Origin: a virus
Length of the DNA stretch: 64,000 nucleotides
Reading direction: 5' to 3' (one strand)
Virus record (IMG/VR): IMGVR_UViG_3300006217_000017
Span: 1-64,000 of that record
A program made the translations under genes and the position numbers. The notes under the pieces are model-generated. The model saw nothing but the letters and a program-made list of their open reading frames with translations. It had not been told where the DNA came from and searched no databases. This document shows positions 1 through 7,828 of the stretch, piece after piece; positions within the stretch are counted from its first letter, which is position 1; every line of letters starts with the position of its first letter.

Positions 1-45
1 AAAGAGTGGCTTAATCAGAAAATCGACGAGGAACTAAAGGAATAG
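1..45 (+). CDS. 3' end of an ORF entering the window (...KEWLNQKIDEELKE*), function unknown
   Basis: Open frame from the window edge to TAG at 43-45. It is on the same strand as the operon that follows. Confidence 0.3.
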   Translation, partial: KEWLNQKIDEELKE

Positions 46-165
46 AGCGTTTCGCCCCTACCACAGTTTGAAAACGCTCTACACTGGCACACACCAAAAG
101 GAGTATGCAGATATATTGTATCTCTTTTTGGTGCTGTTGTCAAACACTGAAAGGAGATTTTTGTT

Positions 166-348
166 ATGAGCGAAAAAGAGAAGAAAGAACACGCCGACAA
201 GCTGAAAGACGGTATCAAAGAGTTTCTGGATTGCATAGACACTGATAATGACTTTGGACAGCACATTATCAAGCTGCTTTACGGAGTTGTCCGTAGCGGT
301 TTTATGGAATATGGTGTTGGAAAGAAGAAAGGCGGTGTCAAGGCATGA
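166..348 (+). CDS. hypothetical small protein, first complete gene of a plus-strand operon
   Basis: 60-aa ORF with aaaggaga upstream of the ATG. Its stop overlaps the next start (ATGA). Confidence 0.45.
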   Translation: MSEKEKKEHADKLKDGIKEFLDCIDTDNDFGQHIIKLLYGVVRSGFMEYGVGKKKGGVKA

Positions 349-482
349 GGGGAAAGAAATGGTACATCAGAGAAGTTATCTGTATTATGCGGCAGATTGA
401 CAATACTGTTATTCTTATGAAGATTTACACGCTTGCAAAGACGCACCTTGAAATCTTGAGAGAGAAAGAAGGTGCGGTATGA
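345..482 (+). CDS. hypothetical 45-aa protein
   Basis: Hand translation: MRGKKWYIREVICIMRQIDNTVILMKIYTLAKTHLEILREKEGAV. Start and stop both overlap the neighbouring genes, which suggests translational coupling. It is below the ORF-track size cut-off. Confidence 0.35.
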   Translation: MRGKKWYIREVICIMRQIDNTVILMKIYTLAKTHLEILREKEGAV

Positions 483-760
483 CAGAGCATAGAGTTATTG
501 AACCGCACATCAAGCAAGCCATACACCGCAGACAGAATAAAAGATGTGCGTATTGTGGCAGACACCGCAATATAAAATACATGACAGCAGACCACATCAT
601 ACCGTTATCAAAAGGTGGCACAGATGATGTTTCAAATTTACAATGCACTTGCAGTTCATGCAACAACTTAAAGGGCGATATGCTACCTCACGAATTTACA
701 GTGTTTATACGCAATATGCTCGAAAACAGCATGAGGATTGAGAAAGGCGGTGCTGTGTGA
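479..760 (+). CDS. HNH endonuclease
   Basis: CAYCG...ADHIIPLSKGGTDDVSNLQCTCSSCNNLKG is the classic HNH Cys/His/Asn pattern. Confidence 0.85.
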   Translation: MTEHRVIEPHIKQAIHRRQNKRCAYCGRHRNIKYMTADHIIPLSKGGTDDVSNLQCTCSSCNNLKGDMLPHEFTVFIRNMLENSMRIEKGGAV

Positions 761-1993
761 ATGGGGAAATTTCAAGATTTGACAGGTCAAAGGTTTGGGG
801 CATTAACGGTAATAGAAAGGTCTGCAAACAATAAAAGAGGAAATACAATGTGGTTATGCAAGTGCGATTGCGGTAAAACCTGCATTGCACTCGGTTACGA
901 TTTAACACATGGAAGAACAACATCTTGCGGATGTGCATATATGCTAAAAGGAAAACCGTCACCAAAAAGAAAAAATCTTATCGGAAAAAGATACGGAAAA
1001 TTAACAGTAATTGGGCTTGATGATAAAAGAGCGAAAAATGGCGGCTTGATGTGGATATGCAAATGCGACTGCGGAAATACAAAAAGCATTCAAGCCGCAC
1101 AACTTCTTGGCGGCGGTACAAATTCTTGTGGCTGTTCTCAATTTGACAATATGGAAAAGCAAGATATTGTTGGGAAAAAATTTGGAAAACTTACAGCAAT
1201 TAAAAGGGTTGAAAACAAAGGGAAACATCTCTATTATCTTTTTAGGTGCGACTGCGGAAAAGAAAAAATAATTTCAAAAGAAGCGGTTGTTGAGGGAAAA
1301 ACCAAAAGCTGTGGTTGTTTGCAACGTAAATCGCCGTCAAACTTTAAGGACTTGACAGGTAGACGTTTTGGAAGATTGGTTGTTCTTGAAAGAGCAGAGA
1401 ATTATGTTTCTCCTTCTGGAAATCGTTCATCTCAATGGCTTTGCCAGTGTGATTGTGGAAATACAACCGTTGTAGCAACAAGTAGCCTTACTTGTGGAAT
1501 TACATCTTCTTGTGGCTGTAAGGCTGTGGAAACCACAAAAGAATTATGTACTACTCATGGAATGACAAAAGAGAGAATTTACCATTTGTATTATTCTATG
1601 AGAGCAAGGTGCTATAATACAGAAGCAACATCTTATAAAAAATATGGTGCTAAGGGTATAACGGTTTGTGATGAATGGTTGGGAGAGAATGGCTTTATCA
1701 ATTTCTACAACTGGGCTATGGCGAATGGGTACAAGGAAAATTTAACACTTGACAGAATTGATGGAACAAAAGGCTATTCCCCCGATAATTGTAGATGGGC
1801 TACTTACAAGGAACAAGCGAATAACACGAAAGCAACAGTATTTCTGACATATAAAGGAGAAACAAAGCCCGCTTCTGAATGGGCTGAAATTACTGGAATA
1901 CCGCAACATTGCATAACACAAAGAAGGCTTAGAGGTTGGACTGACGAAGAATGTCTTACAATAAAACTGAAAGGAAGGAGAAACAAATCATAG
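761..1993 (+). CDS. zinc-ribbon repeat protein with a C-terminal HNH-associated/AP2-like DNA-binding core; putative free-standing homing-endonuclease-like protein (paralog 1)
   Basis: Four tandem units of G-x-R-F-G-x-L-T-V...W-x-C-x-C-D-C-G...S-C-G-C. These are followed by YKKYGAKGITVCDEW...NGY...LTLDRIDGTKGYSPDNCRWAT and a helix-turn-helix-like tail. Confidence 0.6.
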   Translation: MGKFQDLTGQRFGALTVIERSANNKRGNTMWLCKCDCGKTCIALGYDLTHGRTTSCGCAYMLKGKPSPKRKNLIGKRYGKLTVIGLDDKRAKNGGLMWICKCDCGNTKSIQAAQLLGGGTNSCGCSQFDNMEKQDIVGKKFGKLTAIKRVENKGKHLYYLFRCDCGKEKIISKEAVVEGKTKSCGCLQRKSPSNFKDLTGRRFGRLVVLERAENYVSPSGNRSSQWLCQCDCGNTTVVATSSLTCGITSSCGCKAVETTKELCTTHGMTKERIYHLYYSMRARCYNTEATSYKKYGAKGITVCDEWLGENGFINFYNWAMANGYKENLTLDRIDGTKGYSPDNCRWATYKEQANNTKATVFLTYKGETKPASEWAEITGIPQHCITQRRLRGWTDEECLTIKLKGRRNKS

Positions 1994-2017
1994 GGCGGTT
2001 ACGCCGCCCTACTTTTT
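1993..2017 (+). terminator. GC-rich hairpin plus T-run between convergent genes
   Basis: gggcgg-ttacg-ccgccc followed by tacttttt. It lies right at the stop of 761..1993. Confidence 0.5.
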
Positions 2018-2340
2018 AGAAGTGAATACATCAAATTGTCAAGAAGTGTTATGAGGTCTGTTCCGTAAGTAGCCACCCAATTTGCGATATATTCTTCTTC
2101 TTGGATTGGTATGTGTATTGAGTAAGAAAACATGAAGCAGTGGACGAGTTCATGAGCGATAATTTTTCTTAAAAACGCTCCTCTTGGTAATGTTGATACG
2201 TAAACCGCTCTATCGTTCCAATCCGTAACGGCGTGAGTTATTGAGCCATTACTTCTCCTTAACTTATCACTATGGGGATTTACGAATAAAATATCCCATG
2301 CAATGCCATTTATTTCAAACAACCATATCACCTCCAGCAA
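1999..2340 (-). CDS. small HExxH zinc-metallopeptidase-like protein (ImmA/SprT-like)
   Basis: Motif IIAHELVHCF in a 113-aa protein. It is a separate transcription unit downstream of the terminator at 2452-2472. Confidence 0.5.
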   Translation of the reverse strand: MLEVIWLFEINGIAWDILFVNPHSDKLRRSNGSITHAVTDWNDRAVYVSTLPRGAFLRKIIAHELVHCFMFSYSIHIPIQEEEYIANWVATYGTDLITLLDNLMYSLLKSRAA

Positions 2341-2451
2341 TACCTTTGTGACCGTCTGTAAGGCTCAAATTTGAATTTAATTTGGTTTTGGATAGATTTA
2401 TCCATAAAACGCAAAACAAGCCTTAAAACGTCAAATAAACGCTTTTGGAAA

Positions 2452-2472
2452 AGGGGAGAAATAATCTCCCCT
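2452..2472 (-). terminator. hairpin terminator ending the cargo operon
   Basis: aggggaga-aataa-tctcccct, a perfect 8-bp stem. On the minus strand it is followed by a T-rich run, just after the stop of 2501..3397. Confidence 0.45.
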
Positions 2473-2500
2473 AATCATTTTCGTTACTTTGCGAAAAATA

Positions 2501-3397
2501 CTAACTTATCTTCTGGAATCTCGTCATTCCCTTTGTCTTTACCATGTTCTTCATCTCTGGCGGAGCGTCCTCAAGCATTTCGTCAATCTCGTCAAATACG
2601 ACATTTAACATCTTTTCGGCTTCACGCATGGTTAATTGTTTATCTTCTGGCGTATTCCCTTTATGCTTTTCCTTTGTTTCCTCATATCCACGCTTTGCAC
2701 GTTCGTAACGTGAATTTCCGCCCTGACTTCTTCCTCTACTTTCTCCGTCACGATAGCCGTCTTCATATCCTCTGCGTTGCCCTTCATCAAAACCTTTTGT
2801 CTGACCGTCAGAGTAACCCTCGCTGTAACCACGGGAAGAACCACCAGAGTTACCGCCAGAATTACCGCCACTCATGCCGGAATTTCCAGACCGACCGCTT
2901 GTGCCACCGCTATTGCCCGATGAGCCACTAGAGCCGCCACCGCTAAAATACATGCGCCCTGATGCACGATCAACATCACGCCAATATTCAGCCGGGTACA
3001 TCTTGTAGCCCTCAATGTCCATACGGTAATCCATAGGCATCATTTCCTCGTACCCACGCCTGCCGCTGTTGCTTCTTCGTCCGTCTCCACGTCTCATAAA
3101 CCGACCAGACGTGCGACTTCTCGGCTGTCCGCTGTAAAATCTCTTTTCCCCTTCTTCTTCGCCGTATTCTTCTTTCAGCATTTTCAGAAAGTATTCATTT
3201 TCTTTCTTTTCGTCTTCCTCTTCTTTTTCCTTTTCCTTAGCTTCTCTTGCGTCCTTTTCTGCGCAACACAAGTCTTTTATCATATCAATCACATCAGGAA
3301 TCGCAAAATCACCAACATTACTTTTGTTTTCGTTAATTGCGGAAAGTGTACATTCCGTCAACTTTTCAACCATTTCATGGATTCTCTTAATATGCAT
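2501..3397 (-). CDS. low-complexity Gly/Ser/Asn/Arg-rich protein, function unknown
   Basis: 298 aa. An acidic KEKEKEEEDEKKENE block is followed by an Arg-rich block. Next comes a 36-residue run, GGGSSGSSGNSGGTSGRSGNSGMSGGNSGGNSGGSS. After that come G-Y/F-x-D/E-G repeats (GYSEGYSDG, GFDEG, GYEDGYRDG). Confidence 0.6.
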   Translation of the reverse strand: MHIKRIHEMVEKLTECTLSAINENKSNVGDFAIPDVIDMIKDLCCAEKDAREAKEKEKEEEDEKKENEYFLKMLKEEYGEEEGEKRFYSGQPRSRTSGRFMRRGDGRRSNSGRRGYEEMMPMDYRMDIEGYKMYPAEYWRDVDRASGRMYFSGGGSSGSSGNSGGTSGRSGNSGMSGGNSGGNSGGSSRGYSEGYSDGQTKGFDEGQRRGYEDGYRDGESRGRSQGGNSRYERAKRGYEETKEKHKGNTPEDKQLTMREAEKMLNVVFDEIDEMLEDAPPEMKNMVKTKGMTRFQKIS

Positions 3398-3417
3398 AAT
3401 CTCTTATCCTCCTTTCC

Positions 3418-3855
3418 TTATGCTCCCGGTGTCGGCGTAACTGCCGGAGCAGTACCGTCAACCGCTGGCAAATTGTTGTTCGGCTGACACGCCGGGTTCC
3501 CAAGCATCTTGAATGTCGCCCCTGTTGCCGTAGTTTCCACGCATACACTGTACTTGGTTCGGGTACGCACACCACAAGCCGTTACGGGTCTGCAACATCT
3601 GTTCACAAGCGGATATTCAACCGTTCCCGTACCTACTGTAAACACCACATTTGCCCCTATCGTTGTATCTGTCGGGATTGTCTGTGCCAAAATAATACAA
3701 TATTTTGAGTTGTTCTGATAACTTCCTGCCGGAAGATTCACCGTAAGCGTGCCCGGTGCGCCCCCAGTTCCTGCCGTAAACGTGATTGACTGGCTCAAAA
3801 CCAATCTATCGCACAGCCTACATACATTTTTACAAGCCATATATTTAACCTCCAT
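3418..3855 (-). CDS. Cys-rich, Thr/Gly-rich beta-type protein, function unknown
   Basis: 145 aa with 9 Cys, including CxxxCxxC at the N-terminus and a CC pair. The tail is Pro/Thr/Ala-rich. Confidence 0.6.
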   Translation of the reverse strand: MEVKYMACKNVCRLCDRLVLSQSITFTAGTGGAPGTLTVNLPAGSYQNNSKYCIILAQTIPTDTTIGANVVFTVGTGTVEYPLVNRCCRPVTACGVRTRTKYSVCVETTATGATFKMLGNPACQPNNNLPAVDGTAPAVTPTPGA

Positions 3856-3882
3856 TTCTCCAAATAAAAAACTACCAACCTC

Positions 3883-4071
3883 CTATTGGCTGGTAGTTTC
3901 TTCGTCAAATATATTCCTGTTACTTTGTAACCATTTGAGAAAAGGTAAGCTGTGAAATTCTGGCGAGTCCTTATCTTTTAATTTGTATAAGTTATTACAT
4001 ACATATCCACAAATTAAATCTGCCATTTCGTACTCGTTTTCACAGTTTTTAATTCGTTCAAAATTATTCAT
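3883..4071 (-). CDS. hypothetical protein
   Basis: 62-aa ORF lying in series within the minus-strand cargo operon. Confidence 0.4.
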   Translation of the reverse strand: MNNFERIKNCENEYEMADLICGYVCNNLYKLKDKDSPEFHSLPFLKWLQSNRNIFDEETTSQ

Positions 4072-4195
4072 TAAATCACCTCTTGACGATATTTTACACC
4101 AGCCAATATTCAGTTGTCAATGTGCAAAGCAAAAGGGCAAGACTGTTACATCTCGCCCCTCTGCGTATCTCAACCCAACAATTTGTGGGGAATAA

Positions 4196-4408
4196 TCAGC
4201 CGATTTCGGCGAGTTTTTTCAAGATTTCTTCCTGATTTTTAATAATCTTCTCAAGATATGCCTTGTTCTGGTGTTCTAACGCTCGCATGATGTCATCGTT
4301 TGACGACTGCTGGACATTCATCTGAAAATCCGCCATTTGCAGGAACGTGTCAAACATCGTCAGCATATCTATGAAAGACCACCGCCCGTTACCGTACATT
4401 AGCAGCAA
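4196..4408 (-). CDS. hypothetical protein
   Basis: 70-aa ORF. Its start overlaps the end of 4399..5292. Confidence 0.4.
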   Translation of the reverse strand: MLLMYGNGRWSFIDMLTMFDTFLQMADFQMNVQQSSNDDIMRALEHQNKAYLEKIIKNQEEILKKLAEIG

Positions 4409-5292
4409 CCGCCGCCAGCACAGCCACAGCCGTTATTGCCATAGCCAGCGTAGTTCACTGTGCCGCAGCAGTTAGTCGGGAAAGTGACAGGCTGCGGGGG
4501 CTGAACAATGTAAGCCGCTGTCGGGCATTCAGCACCAGTCTTTCTAAGAATTTCCGCCTTGTTCGCATCCATAGCTGCCATAAGCACATTGTTCTGTGTT
4601 GCCTGACTTGCGGAAAGTCTAAGAGCCTGATTTTCGCTCTGCAAGGTAGCAATCTTATCCTGACACAGATAATCAAGGATTGCCCTTGTTCCTGCGTTGT
4701 TGCTCTCGATAATATCTCTTGTATTGTTGTTCATCTGATTTGTGATAGCACAGGTATTGGTTGCCATGTTGTAGTTTACACCGTCAATGGCTCTCTGTGT
4801 TGCACAGCAGCAATCCGAAATCTGCGTCTGGATTGCGTTCTGTCCCTGCATATTTGCTACAGCCGCATTATTGATAGCCTGCTGTAAACCGAAGTTTCCC
4901 TGCATGATGTTTGTGTTCACACTGTTAAAGCCCTGACACAAGCTGTTCTGAATACCGCTCTGTGCGTTCAGAATCGAAGTGTTAACCGCATAAAATCCGT
5001 CACAAAGACCGCTGTTAATTCCGTCTAACTTGCCAAGGATTGCCTGCGTGTCAAACCCACGCTGAATAGATGCGTCCGTGTAGCTGTTGCCAACCACATA
5101 AGGTACTGCACCGCCGTTTCCGCCGTTGCCTCCCCAGCCGTTGTTGCCCCAACCGAAAAGCAGGGCAAATACAACCAGAATCCAAATCCAGTCGCCGCCA
5201 AAGCCATTCATTCCGCCGTTGTAACAACCGCCGCTGTTGGCAGGCTCCACGTTCATGGTTACGGGAATACCGCAATTTCCACTGTTAAACAT
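4399..5292 (-). CDS. Gly/Asn/Gln/Cys-rich membrane-anchored protein, function unknown
   Basis: 297 aa. The N-terminus is G/N-rich and surrounds a hydrophobic segment, WIWILVVFALLFGW. I count 16 Cys, including CCC and a C-terminal NNGCGCAGGGCC. A strong RBS (aaaggaggaag) is present. Confidence 0.6.
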   Translation of the reverse strand: MFNSGNCGIPVTMNVEPANSGGCYNGGMNGFGGDWIWILVVFALLFGWGNNGWGGNGGNGGAVPYVVGNSYTDASIQRGFDTQAILGKLDGINSGLCDGFYAVNTSILNAQSGIQNSLCQGFNSVNTNIMQGNFGLQQAINNAAVANMQGQNAIQTQISDCCCATQRAIDGVNYNMATNTCAITNQMNNNTRDIIESNNAGTRAILDYLCQDKIATLQSENQALRLSASQATQNNVLMAAMDANKAEILRKTGAECPTAAYIVQPPQPVTFPTNCCGTVNYAGYGNNGCGCAGGGCC

Positions 5293-5456
5293 ATTGTTTT
5301 CTTCCTCCTTTATGGATATATTTCATAAAGAGGAACCGGTTTTTAATGTGCGCACAACCTCAATATGTTCAAAGCTTCGGTCCGCATGAAAAACCGCATA
5401 AAATCAAGGTTTTTCACGGATTGACTGCCAAAAATGACCGTTTTTCGGTCCGGTAC

Positions 5457-5699
5457 TTATTTCACCCCAAACTGTTGCATAAGACCATTCCTTACATCGT
5501 CAACAGTTGTTCCTTTTTCTTTCGCAAGGTTCTCAGCCATAGACTTCAAACCGTCAATATTTCCGCTCTGAAACATCTCCATGGCGTTCATTGCCATAGG
5601 GTTTTGTACTATCTGGCTGTTTCCCATCATATTTTTTATCATAGCCTGCGGATTGCCGCCGCCTTTCATCATTTGAAAAATAGACATTATAGGGTTCAT
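5457..5699 (-). CDS. Met/Asn/Gln-rich small protein, function unknown
   Basis: 80 aa. Its start overlaps the stop of 5696..6208. Confidence 0.5.
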   Translation of the reverse strand: MNPIMSIFQMMKGGGNPQAMIKNMMGNSQIVQNPMAMNAMEMFQSGNIDGLKSMAENLAKEKGTTVDDVRNGLMQQFGVK

Positions 5700-6208
5700 T
5701 CCTCATCAGCTCCCTTCTTTGCCCTTGATGTAGTTTTTGAATTTGTAGCACCCATAGATTTCTCTATACTGTCAAGCCTTGCAAGAATATCCTCTCTCAA
5801 AGCCCTCACGTCCTCATTTAAGGCGTTAAAATCCATTTGTGGTATATTTGTACCATCTGCATTGTTTTCTGCCTGTACAGGGCGATAAACGACCGTTTGA
5901 ATAGTTCCGTTTGCCGTCCAAGACCGTACTTGCAACTCTGAACCGTCAGCTTTCGGAAAAAATGCCGCACTGCCATTCATGGGCACATCGTTTGCGGTCA
6001 GCTCAGAAAAATCATTGACAATCTTTCCAAAAATGCCTTGTGGTTGATTCTGCTGTATAGGCTGTTGCACAAACTGATTCTGCTGACTAAATTGTGGATA
6101 CTGCTGTTCCATCTGTATAAGCCTCTGTTGTGGACTTAGCATAGGGCTGTATCCGTTTTGATATGGACTATTCATCATCGGTTGGGAATAATTCGGATAT
6201 GATTGCAT
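5696..6208 (-). CDS. Gln-rich protein, function unknown
   Basis: 170 aa. I count 18 Gln in the first ~57 residues. A non-repetitive domain follows (IVNDFSELTANDVPMNGSAAFFPKADGSELQVRSW...). Confidence 0.6.
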   Translation of the reverse strand: MQSYPNYSQPMMNSPYQNGYSPMLSPQQRLIQMEQQYPQFSQQNQFVQQPIQQNQPQGIFGKIVNDFSELTANDVPMNGSAAFFPKADGSELQVRSWTANGTIQTVVYRPVQAENNADGTNIPQMDFNALNEDVRALREDILARLDSIEKSMGATNSKTTSRAKKGADEE

Positions 6209-6338
6209 AAGGATTTTCCTCCAATATATTTTCTAAGATTTCTTCGAACACATGGACGGCTGTAGCTTGTGTCCCTACGGGGATTTTTTGCATTTCTGGG
6301 TGAGAAAAAAATTTCTCTAAAATAAAGTCGCTAAACAT
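6168..6338 (-). CDS. hypothetical 56-aa protein, first gene of the cargo operon
   Basis: Hand translation: MFSDFILEKFFSHPEMQKIPVGTQATAVHVFEEILENILEENPYAIISELFPTDDE. The RBS is aaaggagattgaat-ATG. Confidence 0.35.
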   Translation of the reverse strand: MFSDFILEKFFSHPEMQKIPVGTQATAVHVFEEILENILEENPYAIISELFPTDDE

Positions 6339-6374
6339 ATTCAATCTCCTTTGTGGAAATTATCGCATAAAAAA

Positions 6375-6405
6375 ATGTGACAGAAACGACTTGTTTCCGC
6401 CACAT
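6375..6405 (-). terminator. imperfect hairpin plus T-run after the HNH-like gene
   Basis: atgtg/cacat and gaaac/gtttc stems. On the minus strand they are followed by six or seven T. Confidence 0.4.
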
Positions 6406-6417
6406 TAACGACATATA

Positions 6418-7164
6418 TTATTGTTTTACTTTTGTGTTAAATGCTTTATCTACGCTCCACCCTCTATCAAGCCTTGACTGCAATGTTCCATATCCCATTT
6501 TCAAAATTCTTGCCCATTCGGCTAAGGTATGCGTTTCTCCGTCATATTCTATATACCTATTTGAACGCTTATTATTTCCTTGTTCTCTTACCGTAGACCA
6601 TCGACAGTTTTCTGGACTGTAATCTTTGTTGTTATCAATTTTATCTAACGTCAATCCTTCCTCATATCCGTTTTCTTTTGCCCATTTCATAAAATAAAAC
6701 ACACCATGCTCTTGCTTCCATTCTTCGCAAACTCCGATTCCCCTTCCACCGTAATATTTATAATTATCCGAATTGGGATTGTAACATCTTCTAAGCATTT
6801 GATAATATATTCTATATAGTCTATCTTTGATATTTCCGTCTATACCAGCCATTTCCTTTAATTCTTTGTACATCTTAATCTTTTGCCTTTTTCTCTCATT
6901 TGTACCTTTTCTCGCCATTGTTATTCCAAATTTACAATTAGATGGCTCAAAATCCTTGCTTTTGTCTATTCTCTCCAAATACAGACCATCTTTGTATCCA
7001 TTATTTAACGCCCAATTTCTAAAATTTTCTCTATCATGCCATTCTTCGCATACTTTAATCCCTCTTGCACCAACAGTCTCATATCCACTAATTTTAGGAT
7101 TATAGCAGTAACTCATAATATTATAATGTATTTGATTTAATGGTTTTCTTGCCATTTTTAACAC
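6418..7164 (-). CDS. HNH-associated/AP2-like core duplicated in tandem; homing-endonuclease-like protein (paralog 2)
   Basis: Two copies of Y-x-Y/R-x-G-x-R-G-I-x-V-C-E-E-W...NGY...L-x-R/K-ID...Y-S/E-P-x-NC-R/K-W, then a helix-turn-helix-like tail (GETHTLAEWARILKMGYGTLQSRL). Confidence 0.6.
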   Translation of the reverse strand: MLKMARKPLNQIHYNIMSYCYNPKISGYETVGARGIKVCEEWHDRENFRNWALNNGYKDGLYLERIDKSKDFEPSNCKFGITMARKGTNERKRQKIKMYKELKEMAGIDGNIKDRLYRIYYQMLRRCYNPNSDNYKYYGGRGIGVCEEWKQEHGVFYFMKWAKENGYEEGLTLDKIDNNKDYSPENCRWSTVREQGNNKRSNRYIEYDGETHTLAEWARILKMGYGTLQSRLDRGWSVDKAFNTKVKQ

Positions 7165-7186
7165 CTCACTTTTCTTTAATTATAAC

Positions 7187-7224
7187 ATACTTTATAAAGT
7201 ATTGCAACATACTTGTAAAAGTAT
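7187..7224. promoter_or_regulatory. two operator-like palindromes between divergent genes
   Basis: ATACTTTATAAAGTAT is a perfect 16-bp palindrome at 7187-7202. ATACTTgtaaAAGTAT lies at 7209-7224. Their centres are 22 bp apart. Confidence 0.5.
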
Positions 7225-7254
7225 TATACTGTTTATTAAAAATGGAGGTTTGTT

Positions 7255-7434
7255 ATGGCGAAAACAAAAACATCATCAGAAGTCAAAAACCGTTGGAACG
7301 AAAAGAACTATGACAGAATAACGATTATGGCGAAAAAAGGAAAAAAAGAAGAATGGGGGAAAATGGCAAAAGAAAAAGGGTTTAATAGTTTGAATAGCTA
7401 TCTTATAGACTGCATAGAAAAATCTGGTTCTTAA
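7255..7434 (+). CDS. ribbon-helix-helix (Arc/CopG-like) protein
   Basis: Hand translation: MAKTKTSSEVKNRWNEKNYDRITIMAKKGKKEEWGKMAKEKGFNSLNSYLIDCIEKSGS. The N-x-K-N-Y-D-R-I-T-I beta-strand followed by helices fits the RHH pattern. The RBS is aatggaggt. Confidence 0.55.
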   Translation: MAKTKTSSEVKNRWNEKNYDRITIMAKKGKKEEWGKMAKEKGFNSLNSYLIDCIEKSGS

Positions 7435-7637
7435 ACCAGATTTATATTTTTCATCTTCAATTTTATATTTTTAATCCTCCTGTCAACCGTCCTTGTTGAC
7501 ATCTGCATAACATCAGCAATCTTTACTATGGAATAATTCTTTGTCAGCATGTCGAAAATCTGTTCTTCATCTTCTGTCAGATTCATCTTGCCTTTATATT
7601 CTTCCGATTGTTCCCTTGTTAAAAAACTTAAATTCAT
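7431..7637 (-). CDS. sigma-70 region-4 / LuxR-type HTH-only protein
   Basis: LTEDEEQIFDMLTKNYSIVKIADVMQMSTRTVDRRIKNIK in a 68-aa protein. Confidence 0.6.
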   Translation of the reverse strand: MNLSFLTREQSEEYKGKMNLTEDEEQIFDMLTKNYSIVKIADVMQMSTRTVDRRIKNIKLKMKNINLV

Positions 7638-7699
7638 AAGAAAACCTCCTATGAATTTATTCTACAAATAAAATAAGATAGATAAAAGGTCGTTATTGT

Positions 7700-7721
7700 G
7701 TGGATAATAGGTGGATAATAG
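7700..7721. repeat. perfect tandem 11-bp direct repeat (GTGGATAATAG x2) downstream of the recombinase gene
   Basis: Read directly from the sequence. It may be a protein-binding or att-associated site. Confidence 0.5.
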
Positions 7722-7828
7722 ACGCTTTATAGACACATATTAGATTAAAAAATCATAAAACCCAGCCGTTTCCCTACATTTTTTAGTTTCTCTACTTACT
7801 ATAATAATACCGATTTATATAGGAAGTG

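Noticed and set aside
44-80. Inverted repeat agagcgttt...aaacgctct after the first partial ORF, considered as a terminator
   Set aside because: The loop is 19 nt and no T-run follows, so the structure is too weak to call.
2371-2931. 186-aa plus-strand ORF opposite the Gly/Ser-rich gene; similar shadows lie at 5346..5888, 22996..23694, 45190..45840 and 58559..59215
   Set aside because: All lie antisense to better-supported minus-strand genes, lack RBSs and break the operon logic.
7700-7721. CRISPR array or other array-type repeats
   Set aside because: Only two copies of an 11-bp unit are present and there are no spacers. I saw no repeat-spacer periodicity anywhere in the window.
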